Shown here: in pieces, positions 10,086 to 20,440 of the stretch
Position numbering within the stretch: the first letter of the stretch is position 1
How the letters are laid out: every line of letters begins with the position of its first letter
DNA from: Gammaproteobacteria bacterium
GTDB taxonomy: Bacteria; Pseudomonadota; Gammaproteobacteria; G965277405
Assembly: GCA_965277405.1 (NCBI GenBank)
Contig: OZ255726.1
Coordinates: 32,001 to 96,000 of the forward strand
Direction of reading: 5' to 3'
DNA: 64,000 nucleotides
The notes under the pieces: model-generated
Told to the model about the DNA's origin: nothing
Databases searched by the model: none
The model's input: only the letters and a program-made list of their open reading frames with translations
Translations under genes and position numbers: made by a program

Positions 10086-10463
10086 TCAATCTAACAGCTG
10101 TTGATATTGGTCAGCATCGAGCAATTGCTCGTATTCACTGCCGTCAACAACGCGAATTTTACATAGCCAGCCATCAGCAAATGGTGACTGGTTAATCAAC
10201 TCAGGCGAATCTGTCAAAACGTCATTTATCTCCATAATTTCGCCACTTACTGGAGCATAAATATCGACTGCTGTCTTCACAGACTCGAGAGTAGCGATTT
10301 GATCCCCTGCATCTACCGTATTGCCGACTTCTGGTAATTCGACAAACACAAGGTCACCAAGTTGATCTTGGGCGTGGTCACTAATTCCAATAGTGACGAT
10401 GTCATCATCAAGTGAAGACCATTCATGGCTTTCGCTATAACGAATATTATCAGGTGACTGCAT
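10086..10463 (-). CDS. gcvH: Glycine cleavage H protein
   Basis: YSESHEW, GDLVFVELP, lipoyl-Lys LESVKT; ATG at 10463 after GGAG. Confidence 0.95.
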   Translation of the reverse strand: MQSPDNIRYSESHEWSSLDDDIVTIGISDHAQDQLGDLVFVELPEVGNTVDAGDQIATLESVKTAVDIYAPVSGEIMEINDVLTDSPELINQSPFADGWLCKIRVVDGSEYEQLLDADQYQQLLD

Positions 10464-10483
10464 AGTTACTCCAATGTTAGTAA

Positions 10484-10521
10484 GGAAACCTCTGATTAAG
10501 GATGCTCTGATTAGCTCGCTG
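10484..10521. repeat. Two stacked IS/MITE end relics between gcvT and gcvH
   Basis: GGAAACCTCTGATTAA followed by GGATGCTCTGATTAGCTCGCTG. Confidence 0.7.
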
Positions 10522-11596
10522 GTAAAACAGAAATAAGTGGCTTGCCAGCACGCCACAACGCACCATGATGACATATGACCTCAATACGTTTATCGTCACG
10601 AACTGCAACATGGGTTGGTGCTAATGCATCAATTTGGATACGGGCAATCCCAATTGAACGACCAAAAACAGGAGAAAATACGGCACTTGTTAACACACCG
10701 ATATGCTCGTCGTCGCAATATACTTGGCTACCAACACGCAACATTCCTTTGTTTTTCGCCACAACAGTGATAACCGAGTAACGCGGCTGTGTATCGAGCA
10801 ATGCTTCACGACCAACAAAGGCCTGACTGTCTGTATTGACTAGCCAATGCAGACCACATTCAAACGGGGTGATGTCAGCGTTCATCTCACTGCCATATAA
10901 GGCCAATCCTGCCTCTACACGCAGGCTATCGCGGCATGCAAGCCCACATGGTTGTGCGCCTGCTGTGACCAAACTATTCCATACATTGGGTATTTGCTCG
11001 TTGGGGATGATCATTTCAACACCATCTTCACCGGTGTATCCAGTGCGGGCAATGATCCAAGTATCTAATTGTAAAAAAGAAAACGCGTGTAGTTGCGCGA
11101 CTGCAGCGCCAACATTAGGCATTGTCGCCGTCACAATATCGAGTGATTTTGGTCCTTGAACCGCAATGATCCCATGTTCGTTCAACGCGGTTAGTTGCAC
11201 CGCAAATGGTTTGACAATGCTATCAATCCATACCGCATCACTGTCGCGGTTGCCAGCATTCACCACCATCAAAAAGCTGAATTGGTCGCGACGATAGACG
11301 ATGACATCGTCAACAATACCACCTTGTTCATTCAGCATTGCGCTATAGCGTGCTTGTCCATCTTGCAACCTGCTAATATCGCTACATAATAAATGTTGCA
11401 GGGCTGAAATAACATCTTCCCCTGTCAGCTCAATCGCCAGCATATGCGACACATCAAAAATACCTGCATGTTGCCGAACAGCCATGTGTTCGCGGATTGC
11501 AGAAATATATGTAAGCGGCATTTCCCAACCTGTATACGCTACAAGTTTGGCGCCGAGTGACTGATGAATAGTATGAAGTGGTGTTGTTTGCAGCAT
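10511..11596 (-). CDS. gcvT: Glycine cleavage T protein (aminomethyltransferase)
   Basis: GWEMPL, FDVSHM, ARTGYTGEDG, GLACRDSLRVEAG. Confidence 0.96.
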   Translation of the reverse strand: MLQTTPLHTIHQSLGAKLVAYTGWEMPLTYISAIREHMAVRQHAGIFDVSHMLAIELTGEDVISALQHLLCSDISRLQDGQARYSAMLNEQGGIVDDVIVYRRDQFSFLMVVNAGNRDSDAVWIDSIVKPFAVQLTALNEHGIIAVQGPKSLDIVTATMPNVGAAVAQLHAFSFLQLDTWIIARTGYTGEDGVEMIIPNEQIPNVWNSLVTAGAQPCGLACRDSLRVEAGLALYGSEMNADITPFECGLHWLVNTDSQAFVGREALLDTQPRYSVITVVAKNKGMLRVGSQVYCDDEHIGVLTSAVFSPVFGRSIGIARIQIDALAPTHVAVRDDKRIEVICHHGALWRAGKPLISVLPAS

Positions 11597-11621
11597 AGCA
11601 ATCAGGATGCGTTTATTATCC

Positions 11622-11775
11622 CATCTGTCCTGTTGCCTGAAAGTTTTCTCCCTTCGGCGGGGCCTCCCCTCTCTCCAGATTACGTGTTGCCTGCATATGA
11701 TCCTTGATACCTGAGCGATTATGGGCTTTTGCGCCTTCGGCGATTCAATTCAATGAATCCTCTCCCGTATGCATA
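11622..11775 (-). promoter_or_regulatory. Tandem glycine riboswitch
   Basis: Minus strand carries two aptamers (GGAGA...CCGAAGG...CTCAGG and CTGGAGAG...CCGAAGG...TTTCAGGC...GGACAG) directly upstream of gcvT. Confidence 0.93.
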
Positions 11776-11908
11776 ACAAGAACATACCATATAAGCGCTA
11801 CAGCGTGCAGCAAAATAGCGCAAACTGTGCATTTTTATCGCCACTATGGTATTAATGTAAGTCCTGATTTTGTCCCGTCGCGACCATCATCGACTAAATC
11901 AGAGACTC

Positions 11909-12439
11909 CTATAGCGTTTCACTTGGTTGTATATACTGCAATGATGTGGCTGTGATAGCAGCGACATCAACAAAAGCATCAGTCCAGTTTGCCAGCATCA
12001 GGTTATACGTTTGCAAACTACCAGGTCGGATATGACTGTGCTTGTCTCCACCATGCAAATATTCATGGGCAAATTCTGCAAACAATGGATTGTGCCCAAC
12101 AACAGCGCAGCAACGTATTGCATCAGGTAATTGCTGGATGGCGTTGACGATTACACAGGTGGCATACGCTTCATATAAATCATCAATCACTGTAGTCTTA
12201 GCAGTTGTACATGTTCCGCTGTTGATAAGTGCAGCCGCTGTTTGTTGTGCGCGCACCGCGCTGCTGGTAATAATGTGTTCAATAGCGACACCATTGCTGT
12301 GTAAATGTGCTGCCAGAGCTTGTGTCTGCTCGTATCCAAAATCTGTCAGTTGACGTGATTTATCAGGATATCCTTGTGCTGTTTTTGCGTGTCGAATCAC
12401 ATATACGGTACGAATTTGCTGTGGTTTAATGCCATTCAT
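11909..12439 (-). CDS. sixA: SixA-like phosphohistidine phosphatase
   Basis: IRHAK, SSAVRAQQTA, VVGHNP. Confidence 0.85.
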   Translation of the reverse strand: MNGIKPQQIRTVYVIRHAKTAQGYPDKSRQLTDFGYEQTQALAAHLHSNGVAIEHIITSSAVRAQQTAAALINSGTCTTAKTTVIDDLYEAYATCVIVNAIQQLPDAIRCCAVVGHNPLFAEFAHEYLHGGDKHSHIRPGSLQTYNLMLANWTDAFVDVAAITATSLQYIQPSETL

Positions 12440-12560
12440 GCACTCCTCCTTGGTATGCTTTAATTACGATATTGATAAGAAAAAATGTATTTTACAGAAT
12501 GAAATAGCAGCGGTGGCGCATTCAACGCGCAACCGCCAATCACAGTTGGGTTCTATATAA

Positions 12561-13664
12561 CTAAAAATCTTCGTGTAACTCAAGTTCTTCGATTAACTCT
12601 GCCCGCCAACCTGTTACAGAAGAAATTCCATTGGTGATAATATTGATACACTGTTTGCGATTAAACAACAACTCAGCAGTAATATTCAACTTAGCAGCAA
12701 TCACCCAGTTTGACGAACGCAACTTGGAGAGTATATCTCGCTGGATATGATCAAATGGTCCTGGTAACGGCGCTAGTGCGGCAGGCGTCGTTGCGCACAG
12801 GTGTTTCAACTGCTGCGCCGTTTGCGCTCGGGCGAGTTTGCTAAGTCTAAACGATAGTAATTTACTTTCGAAACGCCCTGTTTCAGCCAATAGTAATAAT
12901 TCTTTAGTGCCACAAATCCAGCTTTTGGGCATGTTTTCTTGTATAGCCATTGCGTCTCGCCACATTTCAAGTTGTTGCAGCCGCGCAAGTTGTGTACCAT
13001 TGAGTTTATGCGCGCCACGAATTTTACTGTAGTTATGCGCTTGAACCTGCAGACCATCGACTGCGCTACGACATTGGTGCAGGATTTCATCAAAGAGCCA
13101 ATGCAGTTTAGGGCTGTTTTTTAACTGTGCATACACATATGCAAACAACGGGAGTAAATACACAACATCAGCAGCAGCATATTCTAATTGGGTTTTGCTC
13201 AATGGACGTTGCAGCCAGTCTGAACGCTGCGCTTCTTTATCTAAATAAATATCACAGACATCTGCGACAACACGTTTAAAGCTCATCGGGTATTCTTTAC
13301 CAACAAAACCCATTGCCAATTGGGTATCGAATAGCGAAACAGGGACTACCCCACACAACAAATACAACACTTGGATGTCTTCTTGACACGCATGAAAAAC
13401 TTTTATTATGGCTGGGTTTTCAAGCAGCGTGATAAATAACAGCCAATTCTGTATTTTCAATGGGTCAATCAGAAAAACATCCGACTCACTCGCCGCTTGG
13501 ATAAGCGCAGGCTGCGGGAAATATGTACGTGTTCTCTCAAATTCGCAATCTATAGCAACAACGCTGGATTGTGAGAGCGTTGCACACGCCGTGTCAAATG
13601 CGGATTGGTCCTGTATATACGTCGCAGTTGCAACACGGTTTTTTAACGCCGCTATTTCCACCAT
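12561..13664 (-). CDS. rnd: Ribonuclease D
   Basis: IDCEFERTRTYFP, FHACQED, FDTQLA, SDWLQRPL, YAAADV, HRDC region. Confidence 0.9.
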   Translation of the reverse strand: MVEIAALKNRVATATYIQDQSAFDTACATLSQSSVVAIDCEFERTRTYFPQPALIQAASESDVFLIDPLKIQNWLLFITLLENPAIIKVFHACQEDIQVLYLLCGVVPVSLFDTQLAMGFVGKEYPMSFKRVVADVCDIYLDKEAQRSDWLQRPLSKTQLEYAAADVVYLLPLFAYVYAQLKNSPKLHWLFDEILHQCRSAVDGLQVQAHNYSKIRGAHKLNGTQLARLQQLEMWRDAMAIQENMPKSWICGTKELLLLAETGRFESKLLSFRLSKLARAQTAQQLKHLCATTPAALAPLPGPFDHIQRDILSKLRSSNWVIAAKLNITAELLFNRKQCINIITNGISSVTGWRAELIEELELHEDF

Positions 13665-13703
13665 TGATATGTGTGGATTAGCGCAGACTAAGTCGGTGAT
13701 AAA

Positions 13704-13919
13704 TCAATACAAACGATTGCGTTGTCTACGTTCGCGATTGAGTTTACGCTGGGTACGTTTTAACGCAGCTGCAGCTTTGCGCTTGCGTTCCCATGTTGGT
13801 TTTTCATATGCAGTCTTGCGTTTTACTTCGGCAACTATACCTGCCTTTTCGCAGAGGCGTTTGAAACGGCGGAGGCTTAAATCGAATGGTTCGCTTTCTT
13901 TGACTTTGATATACGGCAT
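13704..13919 (-). CDS. rpsU: 30S ribosomal protein bS21
   Basis: [18 protein letters not shown]...[15 protein letters not shown]. Confidence 0.97.
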   Translation of the reverse strand: MPYIKVKESEPFDLSLRRFKRLCEKAGIVAEVKRKTAYEKPTWERKRKAAAALKRTQRKLNRERRQRNRLY

Positions 13920-14062
13920 ATATTAAATTGAATGTTATGAAATTGGTAGCGCGGCTAGCAGCAACTATACCCTACATTCCTGTTCTGCGCCTAACTCTAG
14001 CAAAAACTCTACCCACTACCGAAAAACTGGGAGAATGATACCATAGTGTCAGCCTTCACACA

Positions 14063-14278
14063 ATGCTGCTCGCGCAATTCTACCTAAAAAAAACCGCTTA
14101 CGCTACCGCAGCCATAAAAAAATACCGCGGCGACAAGTTAAACGGCAAAATCAAGATTGATATTGGCATGGAAAAGCTGGCAATGGAATTTACCCTGCGA
14201 GCATGCAGCAGTGAAGTGTACAACCAATGGTGGAGTCTGCGATACAGCCGCTGCGGGTCTGCGTTTGTGCGGCAATAA
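14063..14278 (+). pseudogene. Phage major tail tube protein remnant (P2 FII-like)
   Basis: KKYRGDKLNGKIKIDIGMEKLAMEFTL resembles the YRGGGMxGxVxIDLGxExLxxEFTL tail-tube motif; truncated. Confidence 0.5.
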
Positions 14279-14632
14279 ACCGCTCTAGGCTGGTAAAGTC
14301 GCCGCGGCGGTTCGCGCGGTCTGATCTATCTCTGTGGCACCACCAACTGCAACCTCACCTGCTTGGATGGCTGATCAAACACATCGCAACAATCGGCACT
14401 TGCGCCGACTTCCCCGGCGATAAGATACCCAATCACCTTGTCCTTAAAGGCGCTAAAATACATTTCAGCCTCGACAATGTTCTTCTGTCTCTTAATGTTC
14501 ATCAGTCACTTGTCGTTGCAACGCTCTATCACATCGTTTCTTTCTGGCGGCCAATGCAGTGGTTTTGAATCTCTCCTTATCTATTTAACATATTTCAAGT
14601 TGAGCCAATATATTTCAGCGACCGCTAAAATG

Positions 14633-14664
14633 GATTAGCGTAAAATGCGATTAGCGTAAAATGC
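14633..14664. repeat. 16-bp tandem duplication GATTAGCGTAAAATGC x2
   Basis: Read directly from the sequence. Confidence 0.85.
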
Positions 14665-14716
14665 ACGTAATTACTTGTAAACTAACTCGCAACAAGTGAG
14701 CGGCGCAACAAAGTAG

Positions 14717-15487
14717 CTATTGTGCCACAAATCCCCCATCAACTGGCATGTTCGCACCAGTCACAAACGACGCCCGATCGGAGCACAACCAGACAATCGT
14801 CTCTGCAATCTTCTCATGCTTATCGATACGCACGATCGGATGCAAGGGACCGAGCACCTCCTGGGAATTCAACTTACCGTCACTGACCTGATCAGCCAAA
14901 TAATCTAACATACGCGTGTCGATGCAACCGGGACAAACGGAATTTACGCGGATGCCTAATTTCGAATATTCCACCGCGGCACTTTTGGTAAGCCCGTTAA
15001 CGGCGTGCTTTGATGCAACATAGGGTGACACGTCCGCAAAACCAACTAATCCCGCGATGGAAGCCAGGTTAACGATTGCCCCGCCGCCATTTTTCAACAT
15101 CTGCTCGATTTCGGCCTGCAAGCAAAGGAAAGTGCCACGCTAATTGACGGCGATGACGCGGTCAAAATCATCAGCACTCTGCTGATGCATCGGGGTCACA
15201 TTACCTTCGATACCCGCATTATTGCATGCACAGTCCAGCCGCCCATACGTATCAACAGTCGTCGCGACCAGAGCGGCAACATCCTTGGCCTGCCTTACAT
15301 CGGCCTCAACGAAAATGGCCTTGCCGCCGATCGCCTTAATCTGCTCCACGGTTTCCTTGCCCCCCGCAACCTGCATGTCCGACACCACCACTGCTGCGCC
15401 CTCCCTTGCGAACGCGAGCGCCGTGGCTCGACCAATCCCTGCCGCCGCACCGGTAACCAAAGCAACTTTGTCTGTAACTAAGCACAT
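14717..15487 (-). pseudogene. SDR oxidoreductase interrupted by an in-frame TAG at 15140-15142
   Basis: TGAAAGIG, NNAG, YVASK; the two ORFs share one frame, AVN*RGTFL where Leu is expected. Confidence 0.85.
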
Positions 15488-15584
15488 TATAATTCTCCTT
15501 TTTGTTTGTAACTAAAACCAATATAAATATATTTTTTTACGTTCTTTCTTTTCGCTACGCACAAAAATTGCAAGAACTAATGTC

Positions 15585-15834
15585 AAAACAGGATCGCATC
15601 GATCCACATCTCGCAGATTGGTTGTACGTGGTCTCCCGCCTGATCGAGCCGCGGGCAATAAGAAGTGCGATCAATTGCCATTCCCGGTCGGTTGAATCAC
15701 TTAGATAGCGCAGTTTATCCCAGTTATATTGAACCTAAGCGGTGTCATCCCACGGCATACGATCCTCCATCTTCTCGACAAAGATGGTTGCATCACCACC
15801 ATTGATATCGCTCTAATACTTTTAAATCCGGCTC
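15585..15834 (-). mobile_element. IS5-family (IS1031/IS427-like) 5' relic: terminal IR plus transposase N-terminus
   Basis: Minus strand GAGCCGGATTTAAAAGT end, then RYLSDSTDREWQLI...GGRPRTTNLRDV (YPSDLTDxEW...GGRPR motif) with a stop and frameshifts. Confidence 0.7.
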
Positions 15835-15866
15835 TTAGCAAGACCACCGATTTTGAAAATTCAAAA

Positions 15867-16976
15867 TTATGAGCAGGATGGCACGTTCAAACTCGTGACC
15901 ATTTCTGTGATGAATTCAGAGTGGAAATCATCAACCCGTTGCGAGGGTTGCTGACCGTTAATGCGTGACAAAAGCGGGTCTTCTGCGTGGATCTTGGCTC
16001 CCGACATTTCTTCGAGCATCGCATGACCACAAAAAGGAACATAGAGTTCTGAGTAACCGCCTTCGTGAGCCGCCACGAGGCGTCCAGCGGTAATATCCAT
16101 AATACGTTTTGTCATTTCCTTGTAGGTGTCCGCAGAGCACATCATGCGAGACAAGGGGTCAAAACCTGATGCATCAAATCCGCAGGCGACAATGACCAGA
16201 TCGGGTGCATAGTCTTGCAACTTTGGAACAACCAGCCTTTCGATTGCCTCGATATATGTTTTGTGTCCACACCCAGGGGGCAGGGGAATGTTCATATTGG
16301 CACCAAGCCCTGCACCCTCTCCTTGGGCTTCTACAAATCCAGTATCTTGTGGATAGCAGCGGTCTTGATGGATGGAGATTGTCAGTACGTCCTCACGGTC
16401 ATAAAAAATGGCTTCAGTGCCGTTACCGTGATGCACATCCCAGTCCAGCACAGCAATGCGTTTAAACAGTCCTTTTGCCTTTGCTGTTTCAACGGCGATT
16501 GCAATATTTGCCAGCAGGCAAAACCCATTTGGCCAATCAGGAAGACAGTGATGTCCCGGTGGTCTGGACAGTGCATAGGCATTTTGAAATTTGTTTTGCA
16601 AAACCCCTTCAACAGCTGCTGTGACAAGGCCTGCTGAGAGAGCAGCTATTTCATACGCGCCTGGGCCAAAGGGTGTTCGCAATCCCAGTTCGCCGCCGCC
16701 AGCATCGGACATACGTTTGAATTCATCTAGATAGGATTGCGGGTGAACTCTGAGCAAGTCCTCATGGGATGCGGTGCTTCCTGTGATCATTTCGAGATCT
16801 TGCGACAGCCCTGTCACTGCAATTAGATTTTTCAATCTGCGCTTGGCTTCTGGAGATTCTGGAAGTCCACCAGCAACTATCGGCTGAACGAGGCCTCCTA
16901 CGGGGGAGAGAAGTGCGTAGTTTCCACCTGAATGCCAAAAACATCTTTCATCGGAGATAAATGCGGTACGTTTCAT
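15867..16976 (-). CDS. Zn-dependent class II HDAC-family amidohydrolase (HDAH/PA3774-like)
   Basis: RPPGHH, GFC, DWDVHHGNGT, GFDA, EGGY all intact. Confidence 0.92.
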   Translation of the reverse strand: MKRTAFISDERCFWHSGGNYALLSPVGGLVQPIVAGGLPESPEAKRRLKNLIAVTGLSQDLEMITGSTASHEDLLRVHPQSYLDEFKRMSDAGGGELGLRTPFGPGAYEIAALSAGLVTAAVEGVLQNKFQNAYALSRPPGHHCLPDWPNGFCLLANIAIAVETAKAKGLFKRIAVLDWDVHHGNGTEAIFYDREDVLTISIHQDRCYPQDTGFVEAQGEGAGLGANMNIPLPPGCGHKTYIEAIERLVVPKLQDYAPDLVIVACGFDASGFDPLSRMMCSADTYKEMTKRIMDITAGRLVAAHEGGYSELYVPFCGHAMLEEMSGAKIHAEDPLLSRINGQQPSQRVDDFHSEFITEMVTSLNVPSCS

Positions 16977-16988
16977 TAATTCTGGTTT

Positions 16989-17684
16989 CTAAACTGCTAG
17001 GTATTTTTGCTTTATCGCGACGGCCTCATCGGAGAATAATTCATCTCTCTTAAACTCGTGCAGTACTTTCCCTTGTTCGAAGATGTAGTGCCGATCAGCC
17101 AGTTTTTCGCAAACACGAAGGTTTTGTTCGACTAGCAAAATCGGAACACCGCTGTCTTTGATTTGTTGGAGCGTTGAGACAATTTCTTGAACAATGGCGG
17201 GAGCAAGCCCTTCCGATGGCTCATCACAAAGGAGGATTTTGGGGTCGTTGAGGAGCGCCCTGGCAATAGCCAGCATTTGCTGCTCACCACCAGACAATTG
17301 GCCTCCGCCATTGCCCTTTCTTTCCTCGAGCCGCGGGAAGAGTTTGTAGATGTCTTTGATGGACCATCTGCTGCCGGATTTTTGGGCTAGTTTCAGGTTC
17401 TCTTCGACGCTGAGGATTTGAAAGATGTCTCTTTGTTCGGGGATAAGACAGACCCCAAGATTTGATATCTCATGCGTCGCCATTCCGATTAGGTTGTTAC
17501 CGTCAAACTCGGCTTTGCCGGTGACACACGGAACAAGTCCTACGATGGAATTCAACGTCGTTGATTTACCCGCCCCATTGCGTCCCAGTAACGTTACAAG
17601 TTCGCCTGCGCCGACATAAAGGGATACGTCGAACAGAATGTGACTTTTCCCATATAGCGCATTGATGTTCTCCAGTGTCAGCAT
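16989..17684 (-). CDS. Liv-type ABC transporter ATPase (LivF-like)
   Basis: GRNGAGKST, LSGGEQQMLAIARAL, DEPSEGLAP. Confidence 0.92.
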   Translation of the reverse strand: MLTLENINALYGKSHILFDVSLYVGAGELVTLLGRNGAGKSTTLNSIVGLVPCVTGKAEFDGNNLIGMATHEISNLGVCLIPEQRDIFQILSVEENLKLAQKSGSRWSIKDIYKLFPRLEERKGNGGGQLSGGEQQMLAIARALLNDPKILLCDEPSEGLAPAIVQEIVSTLQQIKDSGVPILLVEQNLRVCEKLADRHYIFEQGKVLHEFKRDELFSDEAVAIKQKYLAV

Positions 17685-17685
17685 G

Positions 17686-18441
17686 CTAAATATCCTTTCC
17701 GAGATAAGCTGTTTTTACTTTCTCGTCGTCGGACACCTCTTTGGGTGTGCCTGCTGAGATAACTTCACCACCTTGTAGAACGGTCACGTAGTCGCAAACT
17801 TCGGATACCAGTCCAACATTGTGCTCGATGAGGATGATGGTGCATTCCTCTCTGAGAGCTTTCAGCAATCTGACCATTTGTGGAATATCGTCGATGCCCA
17901 TTCCTGACGTCGGCTCATCCAAAAGCAGAACCTTTGGTTTCGCCATGAGCGCCATTCCAACTTCCAAGAGCCTTTGATGTCCATGAGATAAGGCCACAAC
18001 TAGCGTTTCACTTTCTGAAGTCAGACCAATTCGCTCAAGCGCATGGTCGATTTCTTTTGCGATGGGTCCTTTGTCTTGAACACCTCTCCAAAACACGAAC
18101 CCTTGTGATGGTTTCATGGCTTGAGACGCGAGGCGAAGATTTTCAAAAACACTTAAGTCTTCAAAGAGACTTGTGACTTGAAAAGAACGACCGAGACCTG
18201 CAAGCGATCTTGCATGCTGAGCCAATTTGGTAATGTCGTTGCCGTCGAGGATTATGGAGCCGGTCGTTGTTGTAACCGTGCCAGCCAGGCAGTTGAACAA
18301 TGTCGTCTTCCCAGCTCCGTTTGGTCCGATGATGCCGTAGATCGTTCCCTCAGCAACATCAATACTGATGTCGGTGTTTGCCAGGAAATCTCCATATCGT
18401 TTTGTTAGCGCTTTGGTCTGAAGAATAAGATTGTTAGTCAT
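17686..18441 (-). CDS. Liv-type ABC transporter ATPase (LivG-like)
   Basis: GPNGAGKTT, LSHGHQRLLEVG, LLLDEP, IEH. Confidence 0.92.
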   Translation of the reverse strand: MTNNLILQTKALTKRYGDFLANTDISIDVAEGTIYGIIGPNGAGKTTLFNCLAGTVTTTTGSIILDGNDITKLAQHARSLAGLGRSFQVTSLFEDLSVFENLRLASQAMKPSQGFVFWRGVQDKGPIAKEIDHALERIGLTSESETLVVALSHGHQRLLEVGMALMAKPKVLLLDEPTSGMGIDDIPQMVRLLKALREECTIILIEHNVGLVSEVCDYVTVLQGGEVISAGTPKEVSDDEKVKTAYLGKDI

Positions 18442-19412
18442 TATTCTCCCTTGCTGTTATTCGAAGATTGGAAGCGGGAAAACAGTGTTTCGAGCGCTTT
18501 TGACAATCCGCCAGGAAGGTAGAGCATGACCATAATCAGCAGGAGACCTAAGAGGATCATCCACCGGGGCCAGAGTTCGGAGAAAAAGTCAGATGCAAGC
18601 AAGAAGATTGCGGAACCCAATATCGAGCCGTAGAGCGACCCGAGTCCGCCCAGCACAGTCATGAACATAATCTGTTCGCTTGTCTCGATGTCGATATTAG
18701 ACAGAGGTGCAAATTTCAGCATGAGAGCGTAGAGCGCTCCGGCAAGCGCCGTTACGGCACCAGAGAATGCAAAGACAACAATCTTGTAGAGTTTGACTTG
18801 GTAACCGATAGCCTCTGCGCGCGCTTCGTTTTGTTTGATCGCAACCATGACGGAACCAAATGGCGAGTCCACAAGGCGTTGCATTATGACAAAGATCAGA
18901 ACGAACATAGTTGCTGTGAGACCATAAAATGAGAGATCGCTTGTGAACTCAAAATCAGTGGCGAATGGAATTGAAAGCGCAGGTCTCTGAATTCCTAAAA
19001 GTCCATCTTCGCCGCCTGTAACTCGTTCGGTTAGGAAGGCGATGTAGTAGCCCAATTGTGCGAAGGCCAAAGTTAACATCACAAAATAAATGCCGGTTCT
19101 GCGGATGGCAAAGTAACCCACAAATGCTGCAATGAGCGCTCCTGCGACCATGGTCACTATGAAAGTTGGAACAAGCCCAATGTTAAGGTGGATTGACATT
19201 ATACCTGCGAAATAGGCACCAGACCCAAAGAACAATGCCTGACCAAATGAGAGAAGTCCTGTGTAGCCCAACAGAAGATTGCAGCCGATAACAGCAAGCC
19301 CGAATATCAGGATTTCAGAGGCCAGAACGTAAGAAGGCACGACCAGAGGAAGGATAACTACGATGAGAATTACGGCGACCAGATGGTAGCTAAGCGGTAG
19401 ATTGTTTTTCAT
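18441..19412 (-). CDS. Liv-type ABC permease (LivM-like)
   Basis: LLGYTGLLSFGQ, YFVMLTLAFAQ, GGLGSLYGSILG. Confidence 0.9.
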   Translation of the reverse strand: MKNNLPLSYHLVAVILIVVILPLVVPSYVLASEILIFGLAVIGCNLLLGYTGLLSFGQALFFGSGAYFAGIMSIHLNIGLVPTFIVTMVAGALIAAFVGYFAIRRTGIYFVMLTLAFAQLGYYIAFLTERVTGGEDGLLGIQRPALSIPFATDFEFTSDLSFYGLTATMFVLIFVIMQRLVDSPFGSVMVAIKQNEARAEAIGYQVKLYKIVVFAFSGAVTALAGALYALMLKFAPLSNIDIETSEQIMFMTVLGGLGSLYGSILGSAIFLLASDFFSELWPRWMILLGLLLIMVMLYLPGGLSKALETLFSRFQSSNNSKGE

Positions 19413-19414
19413 AA

Positions 19415-20272
19415 TTATGCCTTCCCGAACAGGCCGTTAGGGCGCATAAGGATGATGATAGCCATGACGGAATAGATCATGACGTTGGTGCCTTCGGACC
19501 ATAAGATGGCAGAAAAACTTTGAACGAGACCAACGATTAGTCCGCCGATCAGGGCACCTGTGAAACTGCCCATTCCCCCGATAACGACAACGACGAATGC
19601 GATGCTGAGAACTTCATTTCCGGAGAACGCATCAGCACCACGGATGGGCGTTATAAGCGCACCTGCAATACCTGCAAGCGCTACACCAAACACAAATGTG
19701 AATGCAAAAAGCTTGTCTGTGTCTATACCGAGCAGGGAAACCATTTTTGGGTTTTCGCTACCAGCTCTAACGGTAATTCCAAAGCGCGTACGCTCGAGCA
19801 GATACCAAACGGCAAATCCTATGGCGGCTGTGATTGCAACGATGAAGAGGCGGTATTTTGGATAGGTAAAATCGCCAAAGAACACGACGCCTTGCAGCAG
19901 AGATGGTGTTGATACGGGTTTTGGAACTGTGCCCCAGACGATCAAGATGCCTTCGCGGATGATCAGCATAACGCCAATCGTGACCAGAATTTGGACAGCA
20001 TGTTCTAATTTGTAGAGTCTACGAACGAGGAGTTTTTCCAGCAGATAGGCGAAAGCACCAATTGCGAGTGGCGTGAGCACAAGACCGATCCAATAGGAGT
20101 CAGTCCAAGTTATGATTTGGTAGCAAAAAAACGCGCCAACGGCATAGAAAATGCCATGTGCGAAGTTCACAAAATTCATCATGCCAAAGATGATGGTTAA
20201 ACCAACGCCCATCAGGAAGTAGATCATCCCGAGGCCGACGCCATTTAGAAGTTGAAATAGATATAAACTCAC
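19415..20272 (-). CDS. Liv-type ABC permease (LivH-like)
   Basis: GLTIIFGMMNFVNFAHG, FVVVVIGGMGS; probable GTG start at 20272. Confidence 0.9.
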   Translation of the reverse strand: MSLYLFQLLNGVGLGMIYFLMGVGLTIIFGMMNFVNFAHGIFYAVGAFFCYQIITWTDSYWIGLVLTPLAIGAFAYLLEKLLVRRLYKLEHAVQILVTIGVMLIIREGILIVWGTVPKPVSTPSLLQGVVFFGDFTYPKYRLFIVAITAAIGFAVWYLLERTRFGITVRAGSENPKMVSLLGIDTDKLFAFTFVFGVALAGIAGALITPIRGADAFSGNEVLSIAFVVVVIGGMGSFTGALIGGLIVGLVQSFSAILWSEGTNVMIYSVMAIIILMRPNGLFGKA

Positions 20273-20440
20273 GAGTTGTCCCCTAAATCCATCCATAGCA
20301 TTGAGTGCATGCTAACAGCGCTTAGGACCTAATCGCAGCTATCTTTCGCCATGTATGGATGCTCTGTCTTAAAGTAGTCGCAAAGCGCCTCACCAACTGG
20401 CTACAGTTGGGAGGCACCATACGTTCGTATTAAAGCCGTC

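Noticed and set aside
333-13124. Many antisense or overlapping 60-170 aa ORFs in housekeeping genes
   Set aside because: Shadow ORFs of well-supported genes with no motifs
14280-14630. ORF fragments between the tail-tube relic and the SDR
   Set aside because: No recognisable motif on either strand; left unannotated
15140-15142. Pyrrolysine or amber recoding of the SDR
   Set aside because: TAG ends many genes here, the position is normally Leu, and other decay is visible
15867-16976. HDAC as a secreted effector acting on host histones
   Set aside because: No signal peptide or secretion system here; coupling to an importer points to small-molecule catabolism
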